DNA of 64,000 bases from Monosiga brevicollis MX1 (Eukaryota), in assembly GCF_000002865.3 (NCBI RefSeq), contig NW_001865085.1:130256-194255 (forward strand). Reading direction: 5' to 3'. Below are positions 27,963-39,405 of the stretch, piece after piece. The notes under the pieces are model-generated. The model was not told the DNA's origin. It saw nothing but the letters and a program-made list of their open reading frames with translations, and ran no database searches. The translations under genes were made by a program, and so were the position numbers. The first letter of the stretch is position 1. Each line of letters opens with the position of its first letter.

Positions 27963-29058
27963 TGACACCATGCTGCCAAGCAGTGACTCCGTAAGTCTGG
28001 AACTGGACGCGCTGTCTTTGCAACGCACAGCCTAGTTGTCTTTCTAATGACGTTGGCGTCTCTGGCGGCAGTAACTGTGGCAACCCACTTTTTATGCGGT
28101 CTTCCCGCTGATAGTTTCCATGGCCGGTTCAAGGATGTTTCAGCGTGTTGCCGAGTGCTTGAATCAGCTCGATTGACCAGGCCAATAAATCGATCGTTTG
28201 AATCAACCACAATGGTTGGACATGCACATGTCAATGTAGATGGGGGATCAAGGTCCTGATAAATACATTCATGCCGTGTAGTAATACCGTTTCACGAAGA
28301 CGTACGATAAACCCGCGGGGCGGGTTTACATAAAGGCGAGCGAGCAGCAACAACACTCGAGTGCAGCGGAAGAAGATACATGCCACGGCCAATAAAAAAG
28401 AGTAGAGTAGATGGTCCGCAGCGAGGCAACCGTCAAAGGTAATGCTGGCTTCAAAAAAAGATGTTCAGGCTTCAAACAGAGCCGAGCAGATATAAAGAGT
28501 TTAAGGTTGCTGCCAGACACAACTGATCAAATGAAATCAAATCGTAGTAAGAGCCGAGGGCAAAGTGGGTAAATGAGGAGCCTCTGATGTTGTAGGTTGA
28601 TCAAACTGCCTCTGATGTGCGCTGCAAACAAGCCGAGAACGCGCACAGCACCAGGTTGCCAATGACGGCGCGCAGCAAAATTCAAGAAAATTCAGCTGAA
28701 ATTGATCGGAATTTATGTACCTGTAACGGTCAACAGAGACAAGATGAAGCAAAATATCGACTTTGCTACGTTCCCAACATGACTGTAGTGTAAGAAAACG
28801 CATTTAAAAATATAAAATTCGTCGATTCAATGTCAGAAAAACGATCGTCGCTTCGACGGTTTTGAGCGGCTTTTTGGTATTTTTTCTCTCTCTCGTGAAT
28901 AGAGAGAGAGAGCGCGCGAGCGAGAGAGAAGAGAGAGAGAAAGGGCAGCGCGGTAGCATGATGAACTGGTGGCGGTGATGAGCCGCACCGTGCCGGCTGC
29001 TCTCGAACGTGTAGCAGGGTGTTAACGCTGGCTACTGGCCGGGGGGGGCTGCGGTGGT

Positions 29059-29947
29059 ATGGAGCTGCCATGTCCACATTGCCAGGCGGCAGTGCCGCTG
29101 CCGCGCATGGACATGCATCTACTCAGCTGTCCAGCCGTGGTGACGAGGTCTGAAAGCCGGCCCTCGGCTGCGGCTGGCCCCGCGGTACCCGTCAAGTCCA
29201 CCAGCACCCTTGCAGCGGTGGCGGCGTGCGATGACGAGGACATGCAGGATTTACTGGATGATTTGGAGGCCGAAGAGGAAGAGCAACAGCAGCAGCGCCA
29301 ACAGCAGCAGCGCCAACAGCCGGGCGCAGCCGCCACCCATGAAACTGGTCCGGTCATCGTCCATGATGATGAGGATGATGATGATGGTGATGATGATGAT
29401 GCCGCTGCACTTTTGGCCATGGAACGCTTCGAGCGAGGTGGCCCCACCGTCCAACGCACAGGCCCCTCGAGCCATCGCAATGCGCTGGCCGACCTCATGT
29501 CCAGCGCGCGTGCCCAGCGCCAGCCCAGCAACTCTGCTGGGTCAACAAGGCATCCCCATACTGGGGTTGATAAAGTCAGCTCTCCGCTTCGCACGGGACC
29601 TGGCGCCATCGTCTCTACTGCCCGCCCTGGCGGCGGCATTGATGCCAAGGGCTATCCTTGCCTCGATTCAGCGGCCCAAGGTCGGTTCCTGCCGTTGTCA
29701 GCACTTGCTGCTCTGCACAGTCCTAGCTGCAAGCCCCCTTCTCCTTGCAAGCATCCATCCCACTCTCACTGCAATATGCCATGCAAATCACACGCCAGGC
29801 ACCTGGATCTTCCCTACCAACATGCCCGAGCGCAAGTATCAGTTCAGCATCGCGGAAAAATGCTTGCGTTGTAACACCCTTGTCTCCTTGCCCACAGGCA
29901 CGAGTCTTTCGTCATCGCGACCCGTGCCATCCTGCGTGGCGTGTTCA

Positions 29948-29978
<31 letters not shown>

Positions 29979-32900
29979 TCTGAAAAACTTGCGCTTGCCA
30001 TGCATCTCAGTGTCGGCCTGTGCAAACTGTAGGATTGGGCAAAACCTTCATCGCTGCCGTCGTCATGTACAACTTCTGGCGTTGGTACCCCAATGGCAAA
30101 GTATTGTTCATGGCCCCCACCAAGCCCCTTGTGGCTCAGCAAGTCAACGCTTGTTATCAGATTATGGGGTTCCGGGCCGAAGACATTTGTGAAATGACTG
30201 GTAGGCAGCTCAGAATTCTTTTTGGCCCTGAGCTTGATGCTTGGCGAGCCGCGTCAACACTTCAGCGGCTGGGCTTGTCTTGTTGACCTTGTGCAGTCTC
30301 ACTTGGGCTGTTTGCATGTGACCATCTTTGTCATGATCGCCACGACCGCAGGCAGCAAGCAGCACGAGCACCGCGACAAGCTCTGGCAGCGCAAGCGTGT
30401 CTTTTTCCTCACCCCACAGTGTGCTGTCCGTACGTCCCCACCTGCTGCACCCACTGTCAAGTAGCGCTCGGTAGTATCTTCCCTCCTCTTGACCTGGGTC
30501 ACCCGTGGGTTGGCAGGTGACTTGCAGCGTGGCTACTTTTCAGCCAGAGAGGTCGTGTGCGTCGTGTTTGACGAGGCCCATCGAGCTCTGGGCAACCACG
30601 CCTACTCGCTCTTTATTCAGGTATATCTGTTGATCGCAGCTGCGTGCATGTTTAGGCCGAATCCACTCATGAGGCAGGTCTCACCGTGTGCTCTGGTCAT
30701 CTGCCCCGTGCAATGCTCTTTATTCGGCTTGCTTTACCTGGTCCCAGAGTCTATTGGCTGAAAGCTCACAGTTTCGCGTCATGGCCCTTTCGGCTACGCC
30801 GGGTGATTCGGTCACCAAGGTGCAAGAGGTCATCACAAATTTGGTGGGTCGCTTTCGAGAAGTTGGATTAGTTCTGCCCCTCTTCTGTGTGTCACTGACC
30901 TTGCTGGCACGGATATAATTCGGTTCTCAAATTTGTTCCTGTTCTCCAACATGAATTTTACGGCCACATTAGCTCATTGACGCCATTGAGATTCGCGGCG
31001 AAGAGGCCGCTGACGTTGCTCCTTACGTGAATCAGCGAACCGTACGATGTCTGGCCAACTGATGCGATCGAACTATGTCATCGTTATGCCGGTGCTCATT
31101 GCTCTTGGGTGGCGCTGTCTGCGGGCATGCAGGCAGAAAAAGTCGTCGTTCCCATGAGTCCAGACATTGAGGCCTGCCGCTCCATGCTGAACCGGGTCGC
31201 CCAGCCCTTTATCAAGCGCTTGGTTCAAGGGCGAGTGCTTGGCGAAACGGTGAGGCCGCTACGCTCTGACCACGAATCTGTGCTTCACGAGATGCAAAGT
31301 TTTTGAAGCATGGCAAACGATTTGTGGGCTCCCGAGCCCTGCTCGCCAGTGGCAAGGACTAAATAAGTGATGCTTCTTGACTCTTGCCCATCTTGTCTTG
31401 TAGACCTTGGATCGGTTGACTTCGCGAATGCTGGCCATTACCCGAGATCGAGCCCGAAGTGGTGACATGTACGTATGTGTGTGTGTGTGCGTGTCTTGCA
31501 GGATGCCTTTGCCTTCTCGCCCCGGCTCTCGGCTCACATAGACCTCGACGGGACTTGTACTGTGCGTGTATCGATGACAGTGGTGGCGGGGCTTTGAAAA
31601 AGGGAGTTCTCGAAAATTCGTTTGCCATGCTCATGTCTCTCAGCACGCTTTTTGGCACGGTCAGCAAGCATGGTATTACCCCCTTTCTCATCTCGGTTGA
31701 GAATGGGATTGACAAGGCCAAATACATTGGTGTGTCAAATCATTTTGGGCTGCCTCGGCCGGGGTTCGCGTCGCAGCCGCCCCAGTGTGCCCGTAGCTTC
31801 ACCTTTGCTGGTCCACGACGCACTCATTTTGGTCTCCATTACGCTGCGGGCTAGGCAAGGAACTTCAAAAGAACCCGGCGGCTCAGGCCGTGATCAAACG
31901 CTTTCGCGAGCAGCGGGAGAACAACCGTACGTCATCGTGTCACCTTTTTATCCTATAGATGGAGCAGTTGGCTCTTGATCTGAATCGTGCTGTCATTACC
32001 GCGCCGCGCAGCCGACTTTGTGGGCCATCCCAAGCTCGTCAAGCTGCGCGATATCCTGCACAGCCACTTTACAGCCATGGGTGCCACAGCCACCCGGGCC
32101 ATGGTCTTTTCTACGGTAAGATCCTTTGGCACCCCGGATTTTAAAAAATGTCCGGGCGCCAACAAGTCCCAATGCGGCTGCATTTCCAGTGTTGACAACA
32201 CACCCTTCGTTCTTGGTCTCACCGTTCCTCTTTGCTCAGATTCGAGACTCTGTGCAAGACATTACGGACGTCTTGAATCGACACGGCAATCTGATTCGCG
32301 CCGTCCCGTTTATCGGTCAGGGCAAGGGTACAGGCACCGGCAAGGGTCTGACGCAAAAGGAGGTGTGTCTTGATAATGCCGCTCCTTCTCGTCATTAGAG
32401 TGGCTCGGTCTTCGCCCGTCTCGCCTAGGCGGGCAAATTCAAATGTCACATGGTGTTTCGCAGCAAGCACGTGTGCTTCAGCAGTTCAAGAATGGCCAGT
32501 ACAACGTGTTGGTGGCCACTTGCGTGGCTGAGGAGGTAGACCGTTCTCGTTCATCAGCCAATCCTAGCCAACAGCCATCAAAATCGCCGCTGCGAGCTCA
32601 TATTCTGGCGTCTGTGTTTTGGATCAATGTATCAGGGCTTGGACATTGGCGACGTTGACCTCATTGTATGCTATGATCAACAAGGTTCTCAGACACGGCT
32701 CGTGCAAAGATCGGGCCGCACAGGCCGCAAGCGGGATGGCAAAATCGTTTTTCTCATGACTGCAAATGTGGAGGAAAGCCTCTACAAGCGCAGCGCTGAC
32801 GGCAAAAATCACATTTTCAAGGTGTGGTCATCATAGTCTGTTTTTTTTTTTTTCTTTTCTTTTTTTCTCGCTCGCTCTCTCTCTCTCTCTCTCTCGTTTC

Positions 32901-35900
32901 TACTCCCCTGCTCACATCAGAGGCCCGCTTCTTGTGCATTCGTGGAATCAGGCCATTGTCAAGGGCAGCAACTCTTTTAAAATGTCCAATCTCAGTCCAG
33001 CTCTACTGCCTGCTCAACCCGTGGTTGGTCGACTCTGCACCATGCACCCGTTCCAGGCCTGGCCCCAGTCTCGCTTGCATGCCCCCTTGCCTTATGCGAG
33101 CTGTGTCTCTGCTCTCATACGTACCCGTCGACTTGTTGTTGCATTGCAGGTGCAACGACGACAAATGGCAGCCGCCGGAACTCCACCCTCGGAGATCTCC
33201 GGGCGAGGTGCGCGCCGGCGCGCAGACCGTGGGAACGGCCACACCACCGCGTTGGTCGAGGCCTTTGATGCGGCGCAGTGGGAAGAGGTCCGCCAGGAGC
33301 TCCGCCAGCAACAAACCCTAGCTGTCGTTCGCTCCGGACGTTACAGCCATCTACACATGGTGGATCAGTTTCGCAGCTTTCTGGCTCCCAGTCGGCGCTC
33401 TCAAGCCTTTCTGCGGCTCCTTCAGAAGGAGGACAGCTCGATCGACCAAGATTGGGCGTCCGACTCGTTCTGGGGAGCAAAAACAGGGGCGGCTCGTGAA
33501 GAGATCTCTGGGGTGAATGACGATGTCGCGGCTCCAGCCAGCAAACGGGCCAAGCGTGCCACCATTGCATCGGCACCACAATTGGAAGTGGCGGACATGG
33601 ATCTTGGCCTTTTGGACACGCCGCTGATGGGTCATGACGGCTGGGACTCTGACGACGATCTTCCCGAGGTCATGGGCTTGGCAGTGGTGACCGAAGGCAC
33701 AAACTCCAAGGCGGCGGCGGCTCACCTGCCGTCCGCCGACCGACTTGAATCACCACGGGTTTCCTTGCACGCCTCGCCACCATGGTCTCCTGTCCGCTGC
33801 AGCGACGAGCGCGCTGCTCCCGCCGTTCAAGGGCAAGGTTTTGCAGGGCGACCCACTCATTCCAGCCCAACTTTTACAGGTGCAGCGTCGCCTCAGCCGT
33901 CGTACAACGATGAGGAAATGCCAGTATGGAGTCAGGACGCCAGCCCACCCGAGGTGGGCTTTATTCAGCCGTCACAAAACGCTGTGGGAACGGCCCTCGA
34001 ATCTGGGCCAGCTACTTCATCGCCCGTGCCGCCCCGACGGCGTGTTCCTGCCCATCAGCTGCGCGCGCTCTTGTCTCCGTCACATTCCCATCCTGCGGCA
34101 CAGAAATCCGCTGCAACTTTGGCTGGTGCCAGCCGCGCCGGTATGCCCCCAGAGTTGACCACGAAACCCACCTCACCGGCTGCTGAAGCGCCATCCCCAA
34201 AATCACGCGAGTCAGACGCCACGCTTGCATGGACCTCACGTGTGGTTGCAGCCCAAAGTGGCCGCACCTCGTCCGCGCTATGGACCGTACTGCAGTCTGC
34301 TTTAACCGGATATCAACGCTCTCTGATGGCGCGAGCTTCGCAGTTGCCTCGAGCCTCGCAGGCTGGGCGCACGACCATGTCGGTGAACGACATGCCGACA
34401 GCACGGGCAGCAGCTCCTTTGGCCAGTAGCCGCAGGGAGCATGAATCTCAGGCATCGTTTCAGCCTCCGGACCACCAAGTCTCTGAACTCTGTTCACCCC
34501 ACCTGCCCATGCGTCCAGCATCACGCTCTGGCGCTTCGGGTTCGACGCCCATCGTCTTGGACGACACTCATCGGTCGCAGGAGCTGGCACCGCCGACCCC
34601 AACGCCCTTGCGCACCAAAGGTCAGCTCAAGGCATCACCAGCGTGCGTTGTGCTTGACACACCACATCCCCTGCCGTCTGAGCCACTGTCATCACCCGCG
34701 GCAAGCGCTCTGCGGCCCTCAACAGCGGCTCCCACGCGTATGGAGACGGAGGAGGACGATGATGATTCGCCATTGGTGATGCGTGGCCGCCGCGGTCGGC
34801 CACATCCCATGGTCGTGCTATCTTCGGCTTCACCCAGCCCGCAGGCAGGTCACGCAAACACGAGACCTGCACGGGGGAGCCCGGCAGACGTGGTTTTCCA
34901 AAGCCCCGTGCTGCCGCGGTCCCGGCACACTCGCCCTGCGCTTCTTTCGATAGACTCTGACGGGCCCGACGAAAATGGTCCCGTACAGCAGCGCATGGCT
35001 CAGCCGATGGGCGACGGAGGCCGGCGTCAGAAAAAGTCCTCTATAGATGCTACTGCTTTGCGCGAGCGTCAAGCCCTGCGCCGCTACTTTGTGGCTTCGC
35101 AAGCCGAAGATGGAGCCGAAACCGGTATGGACAACATGGATGAGGATGAGCCGGATGAGTACGATCTCGATGACTCGTTTATTGACAACGGGTCTGCATC
35201 GCAGCACACCCAGCGAACCTCCCCCGGGTCTCGTTCATCGTCGACCGCAGCCCGTGGACAGCGGCCCGATGCCGATATTCTCAGTACCCAGGAGATGGGG
35301 GCTGTTTATCGACGCTCAGTCTTGCATTCACCAGAGAACGACGAACTGCCCTTTAACACGCGTGTTAGATATGGCGGTGCCCGGTATCGTCTTGCCAATC
35401 TCGATGCTGTGCCAGACGTACAGGACACGCCATCGCCGAGTGCCAGTGAGGCGGAAGATGCACCGTCGCTTGGCCCATCGCTGTCACCATCTTTGGAGCC
35501 ATCTTTGGAAGCGGTCTCTCGTGCCCCACCGCGACCCGCTGCCAGTCCAACGCGGCTCGCTGCCGGCAGGCCGCACGCTCCAGCGTTCAGCTCTTGCTCG
35601 GCGCGCGAGGTTGCTGGTGATGTGGCATCTGGTCCGATGTTGCAAGGGACACCATCCAGTCGGGGGCACGCGCGCGCGCCGCTGACCCCTTACATTTGCA
35701 ATGGAAACACGCCGGCGGCGCGACCCGCCCCGAACGTTTCAACCCCGTTGACTCCTCTTGGTTCACGGTCACCATTGCCGTTGGTTGAGACACCCATGTA
35801 TGCGGCGGCACGTTCACGACGTCCGGCCGCATCGGGTTGCGGGCCTCTGTTGCTGGTTTCTACGCGCGAGCTCAACTCGGCGGAGCTCATGAACTGTCTG

Positions 35901-36893
35901 TTGGCGAGCGACATCAATTATGCGGTTGCCAAGATGGATGTGGGCATGTTTTGTTTGGGTACGCGCACGGCCGTGGTGCGTCTTCGAACGACAGAGGTGG
36001 TGCGTTGGGACCACAAGGATTCATCCACGTCCGACCCTGTGTTCAAAGCGGCCAACAACATGTCCCGTTTGGTCGTCGTGATCGAGGAGCACCAGCCCAC
36101 ACGTGGCGTACGTTGGCCATCGTCTTGCGATTCTTCTGGTGGAGTGGGATCATGGGATCTTTTTGGTGATGCTCATGCGGGGAGGGAAGGGGGTGCCAAA
36201 GGAGTCGTCATGGGGAGCGACTGGTTTGGCTCTCTCACTTGTCTTGTGCTGGGCCTCTAGGGTCAAGTCACTCGTGGAACAGCCTACATGCGCGGCCTGG
36301 CTCGACTAGTGGCGTTGGGCGCGCAGGTGGTTGACGTTCCAGATGCTGCGGGCACGGCCGCCATCTTGGGCACGCTTTTGCGTGAGGAGCATGCCGCTGG
36401 ATTTGGACTGGATGCACGCGTCAAGCCTTTGCTAGACATTCGCGAGCATGCGCAAGTGAGTGCTCCCTCACCTCGGCTTTGATCGGTTATTACTACATGC
36501 CCTTTCTGCTCCATCTGGCTAACACTGCTGCTGTCGGGGCTTTTTACTCTTGCAATTAGTTGATTGAAATGGTGCGTGCAGTCACCCGAGCGCCCCTGCC
36601 AGCTGTGCTGGCTTTGGTGGGGCGTGCGATTTCAAAAGGGCAGGATTGGTCAAGTATCCTAGAGAGGTCAGTCTGTGCTGCCCCAGATTACATGCCTGCA
36701 TGCTACACGGTGACGAGCCGCACATTTCTCTTTGAACTGAATCCCTTGGCCCCCTTCCCTTTTTTTCTTCTGGATTGTACCGCACCCGCATAGGACTGAA
36801 GCCTGGGACGAGTTGCTACCAGACGACCAACGAGATGCTGTGCATCTATGGCAGCTTCGGCTGGCTGAGGACATCGAGGCTCTCGATGCTTGA
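29059..36893 (+). CDS. FANCM: FANCM DEAH helicase/translocase with C-terminal ERCC4-like domain and an N-terminal UBZ-like zinc finger
   Basis: LPTG|LGKT, APTKPLVAQQ, DEAHRA, LSATPG, HPKL, FIGQ, GLTQKE|Q, EEGLDIGDVDLIVCYD and QRSGRTGRKRDG. Long disordered linker with an acidic DSFIDN / EMGAVYRRS motif. ERCC4-like LLVSTRELNS...AVVRLR. Confidence 0.92.
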
Positions 36894-37062
36894 GTTGTTG
36901 ACGGGCACAACACAAGATAGACTGCTGTCAAAACTTCAATCGATGTGGGCGTTTATTGGGCGGCAAGTTGAATCAATTCAGGCCAGACATACTCGATGGG
37001 TGTGTGTGTGTGTATGTGTGTGTGTGTGTGGGGGGGGGGGGGGGAGGGGTGGTGGTTATGGC

Positions 37063-38667
37063 TTAGCCATGATGAAAGAAACGAAGACGGGTCATGATGG
37101 CAAAAAAAGCTCGAGGGAGAGTGGCCACCTCTGCTCTGGGGTTAAGCACGGCCATGGCGGGACGGCATGCTGGTTTGTCGAGTCGAAAGCGTCGATCGGT
37201 CAAGTTGATGGTGGGCTGAGGGTCGTTTTGCTCATAAGGATCAAGGTGGCGGATGTTGAATGCACGAATATCAACGATAGAGTCAGGGTCGTCGCCTGCC
37301 ACGTGCATGGGAAAGTGTGGATCGTCTTCAATCATGCTGCCGGACGATGAGGAGTCGAAATCTTGATCAGCATTAGGCAGCCCATGGGCGGCAAACTCGC
37401 CTCTTGGCTCAAACCCAAAGTGCATTCGCTGGGCCGGATTTCGACTGCTGCCTCGGTCATCTTCGTCATCGTCATCGCCATCTTCGTCGTATTCATCGTC
37501 ATCATCGTCGTCGTATTCATCATCGTGGTAGTAGTCGTCGAAGTGGCGGTGACTTGCCATGGCGGCATTCACGCCTTCAGGAACAGCAACAAAATGCCAA
37601 CCGACGGGGCTTGAGCATGTACCGCAGCGCGCCGTGCGCCAGGCATAGCCGGGAAAGTAGGAATTGGCGGTGGTGGCCATGCCGTCGACGATCAGTGAGT
37701 CTGCGAAGCGGAGCAGCATAAAGGTCTGTTGCACGCCCATGGGGTTGACACGGGTCATAAAGCCAGATGAGCCCTGCGGGATGATAATGTCGCTTGGCTG
37801 GGCCACGGGACCATTGCACATGTCACATGCAAAGCCGGGCATCTCGATGTCATCCTCATTGAGTTCGTACTGGATGTAACGGAGGGTAGAGAGGCGGCTG
37901 GGGTTTGGGGTGTCTCCCAACCCAGCGTGGGCAGCCAGTTCGAGCGTGGTGGTGTAGAGGTCGTGGAACAATGATTGAATGGGGGTAGCAGGGGCTTGGC
38001 TTTGACGCCAAAAGTAATCGGCCAGGTTGCGGACCGTCTTTTTGGCTTGATGGGGCGTGCGGTTGAGCCAGCGCGCATGCACAGCGTTCTGTACCCGACA
38101 GCGCGGGGGAACGGCCGTGGCCCAAGGGAGCGTAGGTTCTTGCAGGCTGAGAACTTGGCAGCCGTGGATAACGTTCGGGCTGCGGAAGCCGTCCGCTGGA
38201 TAGTGTTGCATGAAGTTGCGAATACGTGCGGGGCCGACGGTTTCCACGCGAAGGAAACCGCCGTGCCGAAAACCTGGGGTGATGACGAAAGATCGCAACA
38301 ACACCAGATGGCCGTAATAGGCATGGCCCTCTGAGACGAGGCAGGCATAGGAGGGATCGTCCTTGGCGGCGCCAGGCGCTTGAAGGGGCCTGACGCTGCT
38401 GCGCAGCTGATCCTCCGCCTCCTCAACACCTGCAATGTCCAAGGCGACCAATTGCAGCAAGCCGGCCAGCTCGGGCTCGACGCGCACCACAATTTCAAAC
38501 TCGCCCCGCTCCGCCGGCAGCTCATCCACAAGAATCATTGGGCAATCAACCCAACCCGTAAACGGAAACCGTTGCGCCGGACCCTCCAGCGTCCCCGCAT
38601 CGGCCCGCGGTGCCACACGCACCTCCCGCGTCACCACAGACGCTGACCCGCGCTGCCGTTGACTCAT
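37063..38667 (-). CDS. CRBN: Cereblon-like protein (degenerate Lon-N region plus CULT thalidomide-binding domain, acidic tail), intronless
   Basis: CDMC...VNPMG...SYFPGYAWRTARCGTCSSPVGWHF is the CULT signature (CxxC...VNPHG...SWFPGYAW...CxxC...GW.F). Confidence 0.85.
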   Translation of the reverse strand: MSQRQRGSASVVTREVRVAPRADAGTLEGPAQRFPFTGWVDCPMILVDELPAERGEFEIVVRVEPELAGLLQLVALDIAGVEEAEDQLRSSVRPLQAPGAAKDDPSYACLVSEGHAYYGHLVLLRSFVITPGFRHGGFLRVETVGPARIRNFMQHYPADGFRSPNVIHGCQVLSLQEPTLPWATAVPPRCRVQNAVHARWLNRTPHQAKKTVRNLADYFWRQSQAPATPIQSLFHDLYTTTLELAAHAGLGDTPNPSRLSTLRYIQYELNEDDIEMPGFACDMCNGPVAQPSDIIIPQGSSGFMTRVNPMGVQQTFMLLRFADSLIVDGMATTANSYFPGYAWRTARCGTCSSPVGWHFVAVPEGVNAAMASHRHFDDYYHDDEYDDDDDDEYDEDGDDDDEDDRGSSRNPAQRMHFGFEPRGEFAAHGLPNADQDFDSSSSGSMIEDDPHFPMHVAGDDPDSIVDIRAFNIRHLDPYEQNDPQPTINLTDRRFRLDKPACRPAMAVLNPRAEVATLPRAFFAIMTRLRFFHHG

Positions 38668-38787
38668 CCTCCACTTTTGACTGAAAGAGAGAGAGAAAGA
38701 GAGAGAGAAAGTGAGAGAGAGAATTGAATGAGGAAGAGAGAGAGAGATGAATTGGTTTGAGTGAGAGAGAGAGAGATGAATTGGTTG

Positions 38788-38799
<12 letters not shown>

Positions 38800-38841
<42 letters not shown>

Positions 38842-38949
38842 NNNNNNNNNNNNNNNNNNNNNNNNNNNNNNNNNNNNNNNNNNNNNNNNNNNNNNNNNNN
38901 NNNNNNNNNNNNNNNNNNNNAGAGCAAGACACAAAGGAAAAGCACAACT

Positions 38950-38992
<43 letters not shown>
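38800..38992. repeat. (GA)n tracts flanking assembly gap 38842-38920
   Basis: Direct inspection. Confidence 0.95.
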
Positions 38993-38995
<3 letters not shown>

Positions 38996-39405
38996 AAAGA
39001 GATCAAAGCGTCATCAACATCAATGGCTTTGGCTTCGCCTTCTCAATGTTCTTTTGGGGGTCCCTAAGTCAAAAATTGATCGGATGGAACAGGGCATCTT
39101 ATGGGAGGAAGATTGCTATGGAAGTGCGGGCGGCGGGCGGTGATGGAGGGCGGTTATTAGAACGGTCGTCTTTGCTGCCGTTGCTATTCAACGTTCATTC
39201 GCCCTCGGCGTCACTGTCTGAGCCAGAGTCGGTGTCCGTGTCGTCTGCATGTTGAAGTGGGTAGCCAGTTGTCGTAGCATTTTGAAGGAGTGGTCAATGC
39301 AGGGCGGCAACAGTCTTGCTGTCGAGGGCGTTGAAGGCGGCGAGCAGATCCGCCTCGACCTGGTCAAAGCTGCGGTCCGCGCTGTAGCTGTGGCCAACTT
39401 GGTCC

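Noticed and set aside
38668..39006. N-terminal extension of the 647-aa cereblon ORF
   Set aside because: It runs through (CT)n and the gap; the likely start is ATG 38667.
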